Positions 15,262-24,906 of a stretch of 64,000 nt of DNA are shown here, piece after piece. Within the stretch, counting starts at the first letter, position 1. Each line of letters starts with the position of its first letter. The stretch comes from an uncultured delta proteobacterium (lineage in GTDB: Bacteria > Desulfobacterota > Zymogenia > Zymogenales > Zymogenaceae): assembly GCA_963735595.1 (NCBI GenBank), contig CAVTLK010000001.1, positions 736,001 through 800,000 on the forward strand, read 5' to 3'. Position numbers and translations under genes: made by a program. The notes below the pieces were generated by a model. It was not told the origin of the DNA. It saw only the letters and a program-made list of their open reading frames with translations, and ran no database searches.

Positions 15262-16794
15262 ATGAACGTTGGAGAATGGGTCTTTAAGCGCGCCCTGACC
15301 GATCCGGACGATCCGTTTCTGAAGGAGTCCGACCGCGTCGACCGGCAGTACAACAACCGGGAGTTCAACAGACGGGTCAACCGGACGGCCCATGCGCTCG
15401 TGTCTCTCGGTGTGGCAGCCGGGGGATCGCGTCTCGGTGGTCATGCTCAACTCCTCGGAGTTCCTCGAGATATACTTCGCCTGCGCCAAGATCGGCGCGA
15501 TCATGGTGCCGGTCAATTTCCGGCTGGCCGTGCCAGAGCTTGTCTATATCTTTACCGATTGCGCGCCGAAGGTGCTCGTTTATTCCTCCGATTTCGCCGA
15601 AAAGATCGCCGAGGTCAAGAAGACGCGGCCGTCATCCCCTATATCTTCGGCTGGGGGGAAACGAACCCGGACGAGGACCACTCGTTTACGGATTTCGTTG
15701 CCGTCAACCCGGACGCGGAACCCGCGCCCCAAGCGGGAGATCAGCGGCGACGATCCCCTCGTCATCATGTATACCTCCGGGACCACGGGCAATCCCAAGG
15801 GGGTCATGATCACCCATACCAACATCACCTTTCACGCCATCCACAATCTCCTCGGTTACGGGGTCAACAGGACCTTTACGTCCCTGGTCACGGCCCCCCT
15901 CTTTCACATCGGGGCACTGTCTGCCGCGGCAAACCCGGTCATCTACGCGGGGGGGTCGCTTGTCCTGAAACGGTTTTTCAACGCCTCGGAGATCATCAAG
16001 CTGATCATGGCCGAGGGGATCAATTATATGTTCGCGGTGCCGGTCATGTACCAGATGATGGCCGAGGCCGCCGAGTGGGACGCCGCCGACTTCTCTCACG
16101 TGCGCTACTTTATCGCCGGCGGCGCGCCCATACCGGTGCCGCTCATCCGGAAGTACCAGGACGAAAAGGGAATCAAGTTCGCCCAGGGGTACGGCCTGAC
16201 CGAGACCGGACGGCTCAGCTCGCTTCCCATCGACGATTCGATCAGAAAGGCCGGCTCCGTCGGCAAGGAGGAGTTCCACGTCATCATGCGCATCGTCGAC
16301 GACGAGGACAACGACGTGACGCCCGGTCAGATTGGCGAGATCATCGTCAAGGGGCCCAACGTTTTTCTCGGCTACTGGAACAAACACGAGGAAACGACGA
16401 AGGCCGTCCGGGACGGCTGGTTTCACACCGGCGACATGGGCAGGAAGGACGAGGAAGGTTTCTCTATATCGCGGGCAGAAAGGTGGAGCTGATCATCAGC
16501 TCCGGCGAGAATATCTATCCCGCGGAGGTCGAGAACGGGCGATCCAGTCGGTACCGCAGGTCAAGGAGGCGGCGGCCGTGGGGATGCCCGATCCCCGTCG
16601 GGGCCAGGTGGTGGCCGCGTTCGTCTCCCTCAAGGAGGGGGCCTCGCTTGTCCGAACAGGAGCTTATCGACAAGATTTCGGATAAGATCGCCGCGTTCAA
16701 ATTCCCCAAGAAGGTCTTTTTCGTGGAGGATTTCCCGAGAAACGTATCGGGCAAGATAGTAAAGACGCAGCTCAAAAAACGGTTTGACACGTAA
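15262..16794 (+). CDS. Acyl-CoA synthetase/AMP-binding ligase (FadD/MenE-like); multiple frameshifts
   Basis: YTSGTTGNPKG, QGYGLTE, WFHTGD, ISSGENIYPAEVE and PRNVSGKI spread over alternating frames. Confidence 0.85.
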   Translation: MNVGEWVFKRALTDPDDPFLKESDRVDRQYNNREFNRRVNRTAHALVSLGVAAGGSRLGGHAQLLGVPRDILRLRQDRRDHGAGQFPAGRARACLYLYRLRAEGARLFLRFRRKDRRGQEDAAVIPYIFGWGETNPDEDHSFTDFVAVNPDAEPAPQAGDQRRRSPRHHVYLRDHGQSQGGHDHPYQHHLSRHPQSPRLRGQQDLYVPGHGPPLSHRGTVCRGKPGHLRGGVACPETVFQRLGDHQADHGRGDQLYVRGAGHVPDDGRGRRVGRRRLLSRALLYRRRRAHTGAAHPEVPGRKGNQVRPGVRPDRDRTAQLASHRRFDQKGRLRRQGGVPRHHAHRRRRGQRRDARSDWRDHRQGAQRFSRLLEQTRGNDEGRPGRLVSHRRHGQEGRGRFLYIAGRKVELIISSGENIYPAEVENGRSSRYRRSRRRRPWGCPIPVGARWWPRSSPSRRGPRLSEQELIDKISDKIAAFKFPKKVFFVEDFPRNVSGKIVKTQLKKRFDT

Positions 16795-16807
16795 AGGATA
16801 CCGGAAG

Positions 16808-18346
16808 ATGAACGTCGGACAGTGGATTTCACAGCGGGCCGCACCGATCCCAACCTGCCTTTTTTGAAAGACGTGGACGGCGGCATGAGGTCATTTGACA
16901 ATCGGCAATTCAACCGGCGGACCAACCGCATGGCCCACGCGCTTATCTCTGACGGCGTAAAAAAGGGAGACCGGGTTTCGGTCGCTCATGCTCAATTCCT
17001 CGGAGTTTCTCGAGATATTCTTTGCCTGCGCCAAGATCGGGGCTATCCTCGTGCCCATCAACTACCGGCTGGCCGCCCCCGAGATCGCCTATATGGTCAG
17101 CGACGCGCGGCCTACGGTGCTCGTCTATTCGGCCGACTTCGCCGATAAGGTCGCCGAGCTCAAGGCCCAGACCGATACGGTCTCGGCATGGTTTCGCCAC
17201 AGCGGGGACGCACTTTCCGAGGATCGGGACATCACGCCCTTTGTCGAGACCTTTCCCGACCGACGAGCCGATCCCGGACCACCGACGTGACCGCGGACGA
17301 TCCGCTGTTGATCATGTATACCTCCGGCACCACCGGCGACCCCAAGGGCGCCGTCCTCACGCACGACAACGTCATCTTCGACTCGGTGCATAACCTGATT
17401 AATTTCTCGCTGGACAAGGATTTCCGGTCGCTGGTAACGGCGCCGCTCTACCACGTCGGTCCCCTCGGCGCCTCGACGACCCCCGTGGTCTACGCGGGCG
17501 GATCGCTCGGTCCTCAAGCGGTTCTTCAACGCGTCTGAGATCATCAAGATCATCATGCGGGAGCGGATCAACTACATGTTCACCGTCCCGGTGATGTACC
17601 AGATGATGGCCGACGCCGCCGAGTGGGACGCGGCTGATTTCTCGCACGTCCACTATTTCTTTTCGGGTGCCGCCCCCATGCCGGTCCCGGTGATCAAGCG
17701 CTACCAGGAGGAAAAGGGCGTCCGCTTTGCGCAGGGATACGGCATGACCGAGGCGCTGCAGATCTCGGCGCTCTCGTCTAGACGATTCGATCACCAAGGC
17801 CGGCTCCGTGGGAAAGGAGAACTTCCACGTGATGCTCAGGGTCGTCGACGACGAGGACAGCGACGCGAGAGACGGTAAGACCGGCGAGATCGTCATCAAG
17901 GGGCCGACGATCTTTTCGAGGCTACTGGGAAAAGCCCGCCGAGACCGAGGCGGCCATGCGCGGCGGCTGGTTTCACACCGGGGACATGGCCCGGCGAGAC
18001 GCCGACGGCTTCCTGTTCCTCGAGGGCAGAAAGAAAGAGCTGATCATCATGCAACGGGATCAACATCTACCCGGCGGAGGTGGAAAAGGCGATCCAGTCG
18101 ATTATCGAGGTCAAGGAGTCGGCGGCCGTGGGGCTGCCCGATGCCCGCCGGGGCGAGGTGGTGGCCGCGTTCGTCTCCCTCAAGCAGCCCAACACGCTCA
18201 CCGAGCAGCAGCTCATCGAGCGGCTCACGGGCAAGATCGCCGATTTCAAGCTGCCGCGGAAGGTCTTTTTCGTCGACGATTTCCCCCGCAACACCCAGGG
18301 GAAGATATTGAAGAAAGAACTCAAGCGCCAGATCGAGGCGTTGTAG
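16808..18346 (+). CDS. Acyl-CoA synthetase, tandem paralog of 15262-16794; multiple frameshifts
   Basis: Start MNVGQWI at 16808; YTSGTTGDPKG, QGYGMTE, WFHTGD and PRNTQGKI in successive frames. Confidence 0.85.
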
Positions 18347-18354
18347 GATAAAAT

Positions 18355-18688
18355 GGGCATGACATGTCATGCCCCTACGGGTTCTTCATCGCAGGCGGTG
18401 AAAGCCCTTTTTTTTTCCACGTCCGAACTTCTTTCTCCACGTAGGGGCACCACATGTGGTGCCCGTCTTTTTAGTCATATCCGCCAACTGCGTAGGGTGC
18501 CACTGACAAGCATCAGCTTGTCAGTGCGAGGGTGGGATACCCCCCTACGGACAACGGCGTCAGGCGACCTACCCAACACACAGTCCGTCATTGCGAGGAG
18601 GCGTTAGCCGACGCGGCAATCTCAACTGCCCCACGCAGTGGCCGTTTCCTTCCTTGAATGCCGTCATTGCGAGCGTAGCGAAGCAATC
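18355..18688. repeat. Cluster of REP-like palindromes (GTAG- and CGTC-tagged)
   Basis: GGGCATGACATGTCATGCCC+CTAC (18355-18378); GTAG+GGGCACCACATGTGGTGCCC (18441-18464); GTAG...CACTGACAAGC-ATCA-GCTTGTCAGTG (18492-18526); two CGTCATTGCGAG...GCAATC units (18586-18622, 18662-18688). Confidence 0.8.
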
Positions 18689-18909
18689 CCCCGACTGTCA
18701 CCGCAGAATCCCACTTAAAACCCTACCACCCCTATCAACAATCACGATGTAACCGGTAAACGGTTTTCGTTGCAATCTCGACAACGTATCGTATAATAAT
18801 CGCACTCTGGCTGCCGGCCCTCCCATACCCTCGTATCCCTCTTCCAGAAGGCGCGCCGGCCTTCGATCTAAACGAAAATGCGACCCTATCGGTATCAGGG
18901 GGTTATATT

Positions 18910-19359
18910 ATGCGCATCGAATGCCCGAAATGCAAATACGCCGGCAATATAGCCGATCAGCTAGTTCCCGAAGAAGGCCGTAGTGTCACTTGTCCAAAAT
19001 GTAAAGAAAAGTTCACGGTCCAGCCCGCCAAATCGGCACCGGAGATCCAAGAAGTTAGTATCCCACCCAACACGACATTCAAAGAACAGCTAATGGAAGG
19101 CTATCCTAAACAGGATAAGGTGTCTGAAGAAAGCTCCGTACCCTCATTGAGTACTGCTCCAAGGTATAAATATAAGGTCGAGTATATATACGAAGGACTA
19201 ATTTTCAAAACACTTAACATAAACAAGATTCAAAATAACCTGAATGCGGAAGCGAAAGATGGCTGGGTCCTTGATAGGCTTGCCATAGTACCACAACGTC
19301 GGTTTCTCCTTTTCATACGAAACGCCATGATCTTTATTTTTCGACAGCAAATATGCTGA
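18910..19359 (+). CDS. MJ0042-type zinc-ribbon protein with C-terminal DUF4177-like domain
   Basis: CPKC-x19-CPKC N-terminus; YKYKV...LNAEAKDGWVL...FIFRQ C-terminus; TTGCAA-16-TATAAT at 18770-18797. Confidence 0.7.
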   Translation: MRIECPKCKYAGNIADQLVPEEGRSVTCPKCKEKFTVQPAKSAPEIQEVSIPPNTTFKEQLMEGYPKQDKVSEESSVPSLSTAPRYKYKVEYIYEGLIFKTLNINKIQNNLNAEAKDGWVLDRLAIVPQRRFLLFIRNAMIFIFRQQIC

Positions 19360-19399
19360 AGTAGATAATTGCAGTAAAAACGGAAATAGAGAAAATTAA

Positions 19400-20179
19400 A
19401 TGAAGTATTCGACAGTCACTTCGAAAGGCAGGCTAAGGAAATCTCTTCTTCCCGCTGTATATCTAGACGCATCAGTAATAATTGACTACTGGATTGCAGA
19501 TGGTATTGAACACCCTGAAAGCGATTCCGAGTACCAGAACGCCATGCTTCAGAATGAGGTCCATAGGTTAGTCAGGGAAATAGTTGATTCAGAGAAACGT
19601 ATTAGAAAGGTAGCCCATATAAGAAGTAATTACTTAGACGACAGATCTAAAATATCCTTTGTTACAAGCGAATTAGCAGTCTGGGAATTGCAGGATTGGC
19701 TAGCGGAGTCGGGTTTTAGAAGAATAGCTACTGAAGCGTGCGGCTCATCTGTTACAAAGAAAATGGGTAAAAAAGAAATCGGTAAGTCTCTTAGGAAAGC
19801 TCTTGACCTTTATGAAAAGGAAGAAGAACACCATAATCCCGAAGAAGGTGTAACTGCATTAACAATGCTAATGATGGATATGTGGACGAACCTTAGCTAT
19901 GCTCAGGCTCACGGGTTAAGGGGTATAACTGTTGTGGACATAGTTAATTTCAATCTCCCCCCCAAGCGGTCAATAGAGATAAAGCTGTTTCCCAATCCGC
20001 TTACACTTTCATATCTTCAAATAGGAGCCGCGGATATCTTTCACCTTATGTTTGCACATCACCTCGGGTGTTCCTATTTTGCTACTTTTGATAAGGGTTT
20101 AGAAGTTGCCAAGGGACAATTAGAAGAAGCAGGAATAACACTCCTAACAACTCCTGAACAGATAAATAAGGTTATGTAA
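19400..20179 (+). CDS. PIN-domain nuclease-like protein, AT-rich
   Basis: VYLDASVII, SELAVWE, ADIFHL and FATFD carry the acidic residues typical of VapC-like PIN folds. Confidence 0.65.
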   Translation: MKYSTVTSKGRLRKSLLPAVYLDASVIIDYWIADGIEHPESDSEYQNAMLQNEVHRLVREIVDSEKRIRKVAHIRSNYLDDRSKISFVTSELAVWELQDWLAESGFRRIATEACGSSVTKKMGKKEIGKSLRKALDLYEKEEEHHNPEEGVTALTMLMMDMWTNLSYAQAHGLRGITVVDIVNFNLPPKRSIEIKLFPNPLTLSYLQIGAADIFHLMFAHHLGCSYFATFDKGLEVAKGQLEEAGITLLTTPEQINKVM

Positions 20180-20267
20180 TCCAGGTTTGTTAATGTTCTA
20201 GGTATTCGAGGAAATCAAGACCCAACAGAAACCATAACCGAGGTGGAGTTAGATAGTTTCTCCCCCC

Positions 20268-21158
20268 TTACCCCATCCCTCCCTTTATCATCCGCACCTG
20301 CGCCTTCAGGTTGAGGAGATAGGCCTCCTCCGGCTGCTTACCCTGCCGGGCCGTGAGATATTCCTCTTTCTTTACCCGCTCGATCACCCGCCCCTCGTCC
20401 ATCCCCTCTTCCGCGAGGTAGCGCTCGATCTTATCTTTGAGCTCCGCCGCGTCCCTGAGGGCCGCCGCGATGAGCCGCTCTACCTCGTCCCCGTAGGCCT
20501 GCGCGTGGTGGCCGGTCAGCACGCGCCGCGGCCGCGCCGCAGCGACCTTGTTTATGGACGCAACGTAGTCCTCGTAGCTCGTCAGGAACTCCGGCCCCAC
20601 GTAGAGCTCGTCGCCGGGGACGATGCCGATAGCCTCTCCGGTCAGCACGATCTCGTCCGGACCCACGAGGTAGCTCATGCTGTCCTGCGTGTGGCCGGGG
20701 GTGGCCATCGCCGTGACCGTCACGCCTCCGCCGAGGTCGATCACCTCGCCGTCCGTCAGTATCACGTCGCCCGTGATCACCGAGTAGTCAAAATCCGCAT
20801 TAACCAGACGCTCCCGTATCAGCTCCGGGTCGGTCATCCGCCGGTTGAGCCCCTCCATCACGCGCCGCGCCCCCGGCCGCCCCATGACGTAAAAGACGTA
20901 TTCGTGGCCCCCGAATTTCAGCGCCGGCATGTGCCGCTTCAGGTAGGGCGCGCCGCCGATATGGTCGAAATGTGAATGGGTAAAGACGACCAGCTCCGGC
21001 AGGCGAGAGCCCAGCGCCGCGGGCATCTCTTCCATAAAGGCCGGCGCCATGGAGACCGGCCCCGCGTCCACCATGACGACGCGGTCCTTCCCGATGACCA
21101 GGTACGCGGGCAGGTTCCAGTTTCCGATGAGGGTGAGGTTGTCCGTAATCCGTTCCAT
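20268..21158 (-). CDS. MBL-fold metallo-hydrolase
   Basis: THSHFDHIG, TPGHT, TGEA, GHH. Confidence 0.9.
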   Translation of the reverse strand: MERITDNLTLIGNWNLPAYLVIGKDRVVMVDAGPVSMAPAFMEEMPAALGSRLPELVVFTHSHFDHIGGAPYLKRHMPALKFGGHEYVFYVMGRPGARRVMEGLNRRMTDPELIRERLVNADFDYSVITGDVILTDGEVIDLGGGVTVTAMATPGHTQDSMSYLVGPDEIVLTGEAIGIVPGDELYVGPEFLTSYEDYVASINKVAAARPRRVLTGHHAQAYGDEVERLIAAALRDAAELKDKIERYLAEEGMDEGRVIERVKKEEYLTARQGKQPEEAYLLNLKAQVRMIKGGMG

Positions 21159-21299
21159 TGCTTATTCCGTTTATTCCGTATGGGTATTGGGGCGATGATA
21201 CCATACGCCGGCCCGCGCACAAATAGATAAATCATACGCGGCGCGCTTTTTGCCCGGGTCTGCCGGCACAGGAACAGTCGACACGATCCCCCGTCTCAC

Positions 21300-21337
21300 A
21301 AAAAAACGGGGGACGAAAACAGTTTTCGTCCCCCGTT
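21300..21337 (-). terminator. Intrinsic terminator after tRNA-Leu
   Basis: AACGGGGGACGAAAAC-A-GTTTTCGTCCCCCGTT hairpin with a T tract on the minus strand. Confidence 0.85.
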
Positions 21338-21349
21338 GCTCTATACAGG

Positions 21350-21436
21350 TGGTGCCGAAGGCGGGAGTCGAACCCGCACAGGCCAACGCCCACTAGACCC
21401 TGAACCTAGCGCGTCTACCAGTTCCGCCACTTCGGC
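21350..21436 (-). tRNA. tRNA-Leu (CAG)
   Basis: GCCGAAGTGGCGGAACTGGTAGACGCGCTAGGTTCAGGGTCTAG, long variable arm, GTTCGACTCCC...ACCA. Confidence 0.97.
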
Positions 21437-21591
21437 ACGATTCGGTTCTTATGTATCGAAGGCTGCCCTTACGCCCCCCTCAGATATGAGATTCACCGCG
21501 CCCGCGCATCGTGCGCGTCCCGGCCTTTTTTACTTGAAACCGGACAGGTTTTAAATTATATTGTTCCCTTTACAATGTCAAGACAAAATTG

Positions 21592-22527
21592 ATGAAAATC
21601 GTTTCGTGGGAGCCCGGGTACCGCTCCCCCTATCTCAAGACGGTGCTGACCATCGGCAACTTCGACGGCGTCCACCTCGGGCACCGGGCGATTTTCAATT
21701 CCGTCATCGCCGAGGCCCTCGAACTCTCGGCAATACCGGCCGTCCTCACCTTCAACCCCCATCCCCAGCAGTTCTTCCGAAGCTCGGAGCCGCCGCTCAT
21801 CACGACGTTCGATAAAAAGATGGAGCTGATGGATTCCTGCGGGATCGAGGTGGTCTTCGTGGCGGGCGCCAACCGCGAGTTTTACGAGCTTACCGCCGAG
21901 GCCTTCGTACACGAGGTGCTGCTGGAAAGCCTCAACATGGTATCGGTCTTCGTGGGCCACGACTTCACCTTTGGAAAGGGAAAGGCGGGGACCATCGAGA
22001 TGCTCACGATGCTGGGCGAGCAGTACGGCTTTGGAGTCAATGAAAAGGGCGCCGTGGTTGTTGAGGGCATGCTGGTCTCCAGCACCATGGTCAGGAACCT
22101 CATCCAGATGGGGCGCGTGCGGCAGGCGTCAACGCTGCTCGGCCGCGACTTCAGCGTCTCCGGCCGGGTCATCCGGGGCGCCGGGAGGGGCAGAAAGCTC
22201 GGGTACCCCACCGCAAATATCGACTACACCGGAAGGCTCATGCCGCTGGGAGGGATCTACGTAACCTGGGTGGTGATAGACGGCAGGCGATACTACGGCG
22301 TGGCAAATCTCGGCAATAATCCCACCTTCGGAACGCACAGTTTCTCGTTTGAGGTCCATATCCTTCGTTTCGACGAAGACATCTACGACAAGGTGATTGA
22401 GGTCGGTTTTATCGATCGAATTCGTCACGAGATCAAGTTTTCGGGCCCCGATGAGCTCATCAGGCAGATCCAGGACGATATAACGGTCGCCGAAAGGATT
22501 ATCAAAAGCTATGAGGCTCGACTATAA
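21592..22527 (+). CDS. ribF: Bifunctional riboflavin kinase/FAD synthetase
   Basis: TIGNFDGVHLGH, VGHDFTFG, VSST, GRKLGYPTAN, NPTF, EVHIL. Confidence 0.97.
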   Translation: MKIVSWEPGYRSPYLKTVLTIGNFDGVHLGHRAIFNSVIAEALELSAIPAVLTFNPHPQQFFRSSEPPLITTFDKKMELMDSCGIEVVFVAGANREFYELTAEAFVHEVLLESLNMVSVFVGHDFTFGKGKAGTIEMLTMLGEQYGFGVNEKGAVVVEGMLVSSTMVRNLIQMGRVRQASTLLGRDFSVSGRVIRGAGRGRKLGYPTANIDYTGRLMPLGGIYVTWVVIDGRRYYGVANLGNNPTFGTHSFSFEVHILRFDEDIYDKVIEVGFIDRIRHEIKFSGPDELIRQIQDDITVAERIIKSYEARL

Positions 22528-23521
22528 GTTCTACCTCGGTCTCCTGGTCGGGGCGGTGTTCCTCTTCCTCGCTCTTCACAAGGTCAACTTCGCCGAGATG
22601 GCGCTGGTCTTTTCCGACATCAGGTGGCCGTTAATCGCCGTTGCGCTCGTCCTCCATTTCCTGATCTACGCAATCAGGATGTTCCGATGGAAGCTCCTTC
22701 TGGCGCCCATCAAGGATACGAAGTACCGGAATCTCTTCTCGGCCATTGCTATCGGGTTCGGGGCCAACAACATGTTTCCGGTCCGCCTCGGCGAGCTGGT
22801 ACGGGCCTACGCCCTCGGCAAGATGGAAAGGATCAGCTCGAGCGCGGCCCTGGCGACCATTGTCATCGAGCGGGTCTTTGACATCCTGGCCGTGCTCGGG
22901 ATGCTCGTTGCCGTCTTCTTCTTCGTGACGTTTCCCGAAGGGTACGGGAAGTTCATGGTGGGCTTGCGCGCGGCCGGGATATCCGCCATAGTGGCGCTGA
23001 CCCTCTTCATCGCCTTCCTGGTGCTCCTGGAGAGAAACCGGGACCGGGCGATGCTCATCGTCCGGTTCTTCTCGCGCCCGCTGTCCGAGCGTTTCCGGAC
23101 GCACCTTGAATCAATGATGATCTCGTTTGCCGACGGGCTCAACGTCCTCTATCACGGCAAGAAGCTCGTTGGGGTCGTGATTTTTTCGATACTGACCTGG
23201 CTCGCGATCGCCGCCTTTTATTGGGTGATCATTCTTTCCCTCGATATTTCCCTGCCTTTTATGGCGGCGATCTTCGTCACGGTGCTCATCGCGTTTGCGG
23301 TGTCCCTGCCGGCCCCGCCCGGGTACATCGGGACGTTTCACGCCGCCGCCCGCTACGCCCTGGTCTTCTATGGGCTCCCGGCAAGCCGCGCCGCCGGCGT
23401 GGGTATTGTCCTGCACGCGATGAGCTTCATCCCGGCGATAGCAGGCGGGCTCGTGTTTATCTGGCTTGATAAGATGAGCTTTGCCGAGATGACGCACGTG
23501 AAGGGCGAAGGCGTCAAGTAA
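22511..23521 (+). CDS. Lysylphosphatidylglycerol synthase TM-domain/flippase-like protein (UPF0104)
   Basis: RW..LL, NNMFPVRLGELVRA, ERVFD, PPGYIGTFH; multiple TM segments. Confidence 0.85.
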   Translation: MRLDYKFYLGLLVGAVFLFLALHKVNFAEMALVFSDIRWPLIAVALVLHFLIYAIRMFRWKLLLAPIKDTKYRNLFSAIAIGFGANNMFPVRLGELVRAYALGKMERISSSAALATIVIERVFDILAVLGMLVAVFFFVTFPEGYGKFMVGLRAAGISAIVALTLFIAFLVLLERNRDRAMLIVRFFSRPLSERFRTHLESMMISFADGLNVLYHGKKLVGVVIFSILTWLAIAAFYWVIILSLDISLPFMAAIFVTVLIAFAVSLPAPPGYIGTFHAAARYALVFYGLPASRAAGVGIVLHAMSFIPAIAGGLVFIWLDKMSFAEMTHVKGEGVK

Positions 23522-24383
23522 TCGGGCCTGCCCTGCCCCCGGAAGACCCGGTGTGCTGTTCGATGAGCCGTATCCCGTTATCGTAAAAGACCTTCCGATA
23601 AAACTCGTCCGAAAGCCCGAGCGACGCGAGATATTCGATTTCATCCTCACGGGGAAAGATAACGTTGGGAAAGTCCGACCCGTAGACGATCCGGTCGCGG
23701 TAGCGCTCCAGCTCGTCCGCCGGCACGTCGCAGACGTGCCCCAGCTTCGTCAGATACGCAAACGCGGTGTCAAACATCAGGTTCGGGTAATCGGGTAAGA
23801 GATCAAAGAACTCCTTAAACTCCATCCCCCCCATGTGGGCGACGTTGACCGGAAGGTCGGGGTAGCGCCGCATCAGTTTGACGAAGTTATCGACCCCCAC
23901 AAACGGGTTTCCCACCGGGCCGTTGCCGACGTGCAGCAGCATGCGCTTGCCCTGTTCCATCACCAGGTCGTACAGCCCGAAGAGCCGCTCGTCGTGGGGG
24001 TAAAAGCGCTGCACCAGCAGCTGCAGCTTGAACCCGAGCACCCGCGGGTGGGAGAGAATCTCCCGGGCCATATCCAGGCCGTCCTCGTCACCGGGGTGGT
24101 AGGCGGCAAAGCAGTAGAGGTCGGGGTCCTCATCAAGTATCTCGAGATTCCAGCGGTTGAGCGTCCCGGCTACCCCGGGCTTGTGGGCGTAGTTGGAAAA
24201 GACGATCGGGGAAACGCCGCGCTCCCTCAGGTAGGCCACTGCCTGGCCCCAGTAGAGCTGATGGAGAACGTCCCACCCGTAGTCCTTGGAAAAGTGCCTC
24301 CAGATCGCCTCAAAGAGCCGGTCGGGGAAGAGATGGACGTGAAAATCGATGATCGCGGGAGGAACCCGGTCATTTATCGTCAT
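23514..24383 (-). CDS. Amidohydrolase family protein
   Basis: IIDFHVH, GFKL, LLHVG, VAHMGG, YGSDFP; start chosen at MTIND. Confidence 0.9.
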   Translation of the reverse strand: MTINDRVPPAIIDFHVHLFPDRLFEAIWRHFSKDYGWDVLHQLYWGQAVAYLRERGVSPIVFSNYAHKPGVAGTLNRWNLEILDEDPDLYCFAAYHPGDEDGLDMAREILSHPRVLGFKLQLLVQRFYPHDERLFGLYDLVMEQGKRMLLHVGNGPVGNPFVGVDNFVKLMRRYPDLPVNVAHMGGMEFKEFFDLLPDYPNLMFDTAFAYLTKLGHVCDVPADELERYRDRIVYGSDFPNVIFPREDEIEYLASLGLSDEFYRKVFYDNGIRLIEQHTGSSGGRAGPIT

Positions 24384-24906
24384 ATTGTGTGATACCCGTA
24401 ACAATAGGGGACTTCTTTCTATTATATGCTTCATGCATAGTTCATTTCAAGAAATGAATGACGGCAGGACCACTGATTATAAAAAAACTGTCGCGTGATC
24501 CCGGCCTGTGCCCGTCTGACCGCGCTAATCGTCGTGCCCGTAATTGTGCGGCTCGACGGAGTATCGGGAATTGGGGCGGGTGGGCTTGCATTGAGTCGAA
24601 TACGGTGATATGCTTAATTCAATATAGTGCATTCTTTATTATTTAATAAAGGAACTGAATAATTTGTCGAATCAACATCTCGTGCCTCTCGTCGCCGTCG
24701 ATCGAATCCCCTCTCCCCCTCTCATATACCGACGAGAAATTCTCCCGATAGTAATGACGGCAGACGATATCTCAGAATCCCGAGCCGGGACGCGGAAGTT
24801 CCGGGGCCTGCGTATATATCGCGATCCTTCCGGAAGCAACCGGGCCCAACGTGGTTGTCCGGAAGCGAGTTTATCAAAGTATTCTATACCATTTTTGGAG
24901 GTATCT

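Noticed and set aside
21170..21436. Integrative element at tRNA-Leu
   Set aside because: No integrase, and I saw no duplicated tRNA 3' end; the tRNA is followed directly by its terminator
24760..24870. c-di-GMP-I riboswitch-like GGGACGC segment upstream of the secreted protein
   Set aside because: Lacks the GGCAAAC/GNRA and GCAAAG elements; an Rfam scan would be needed
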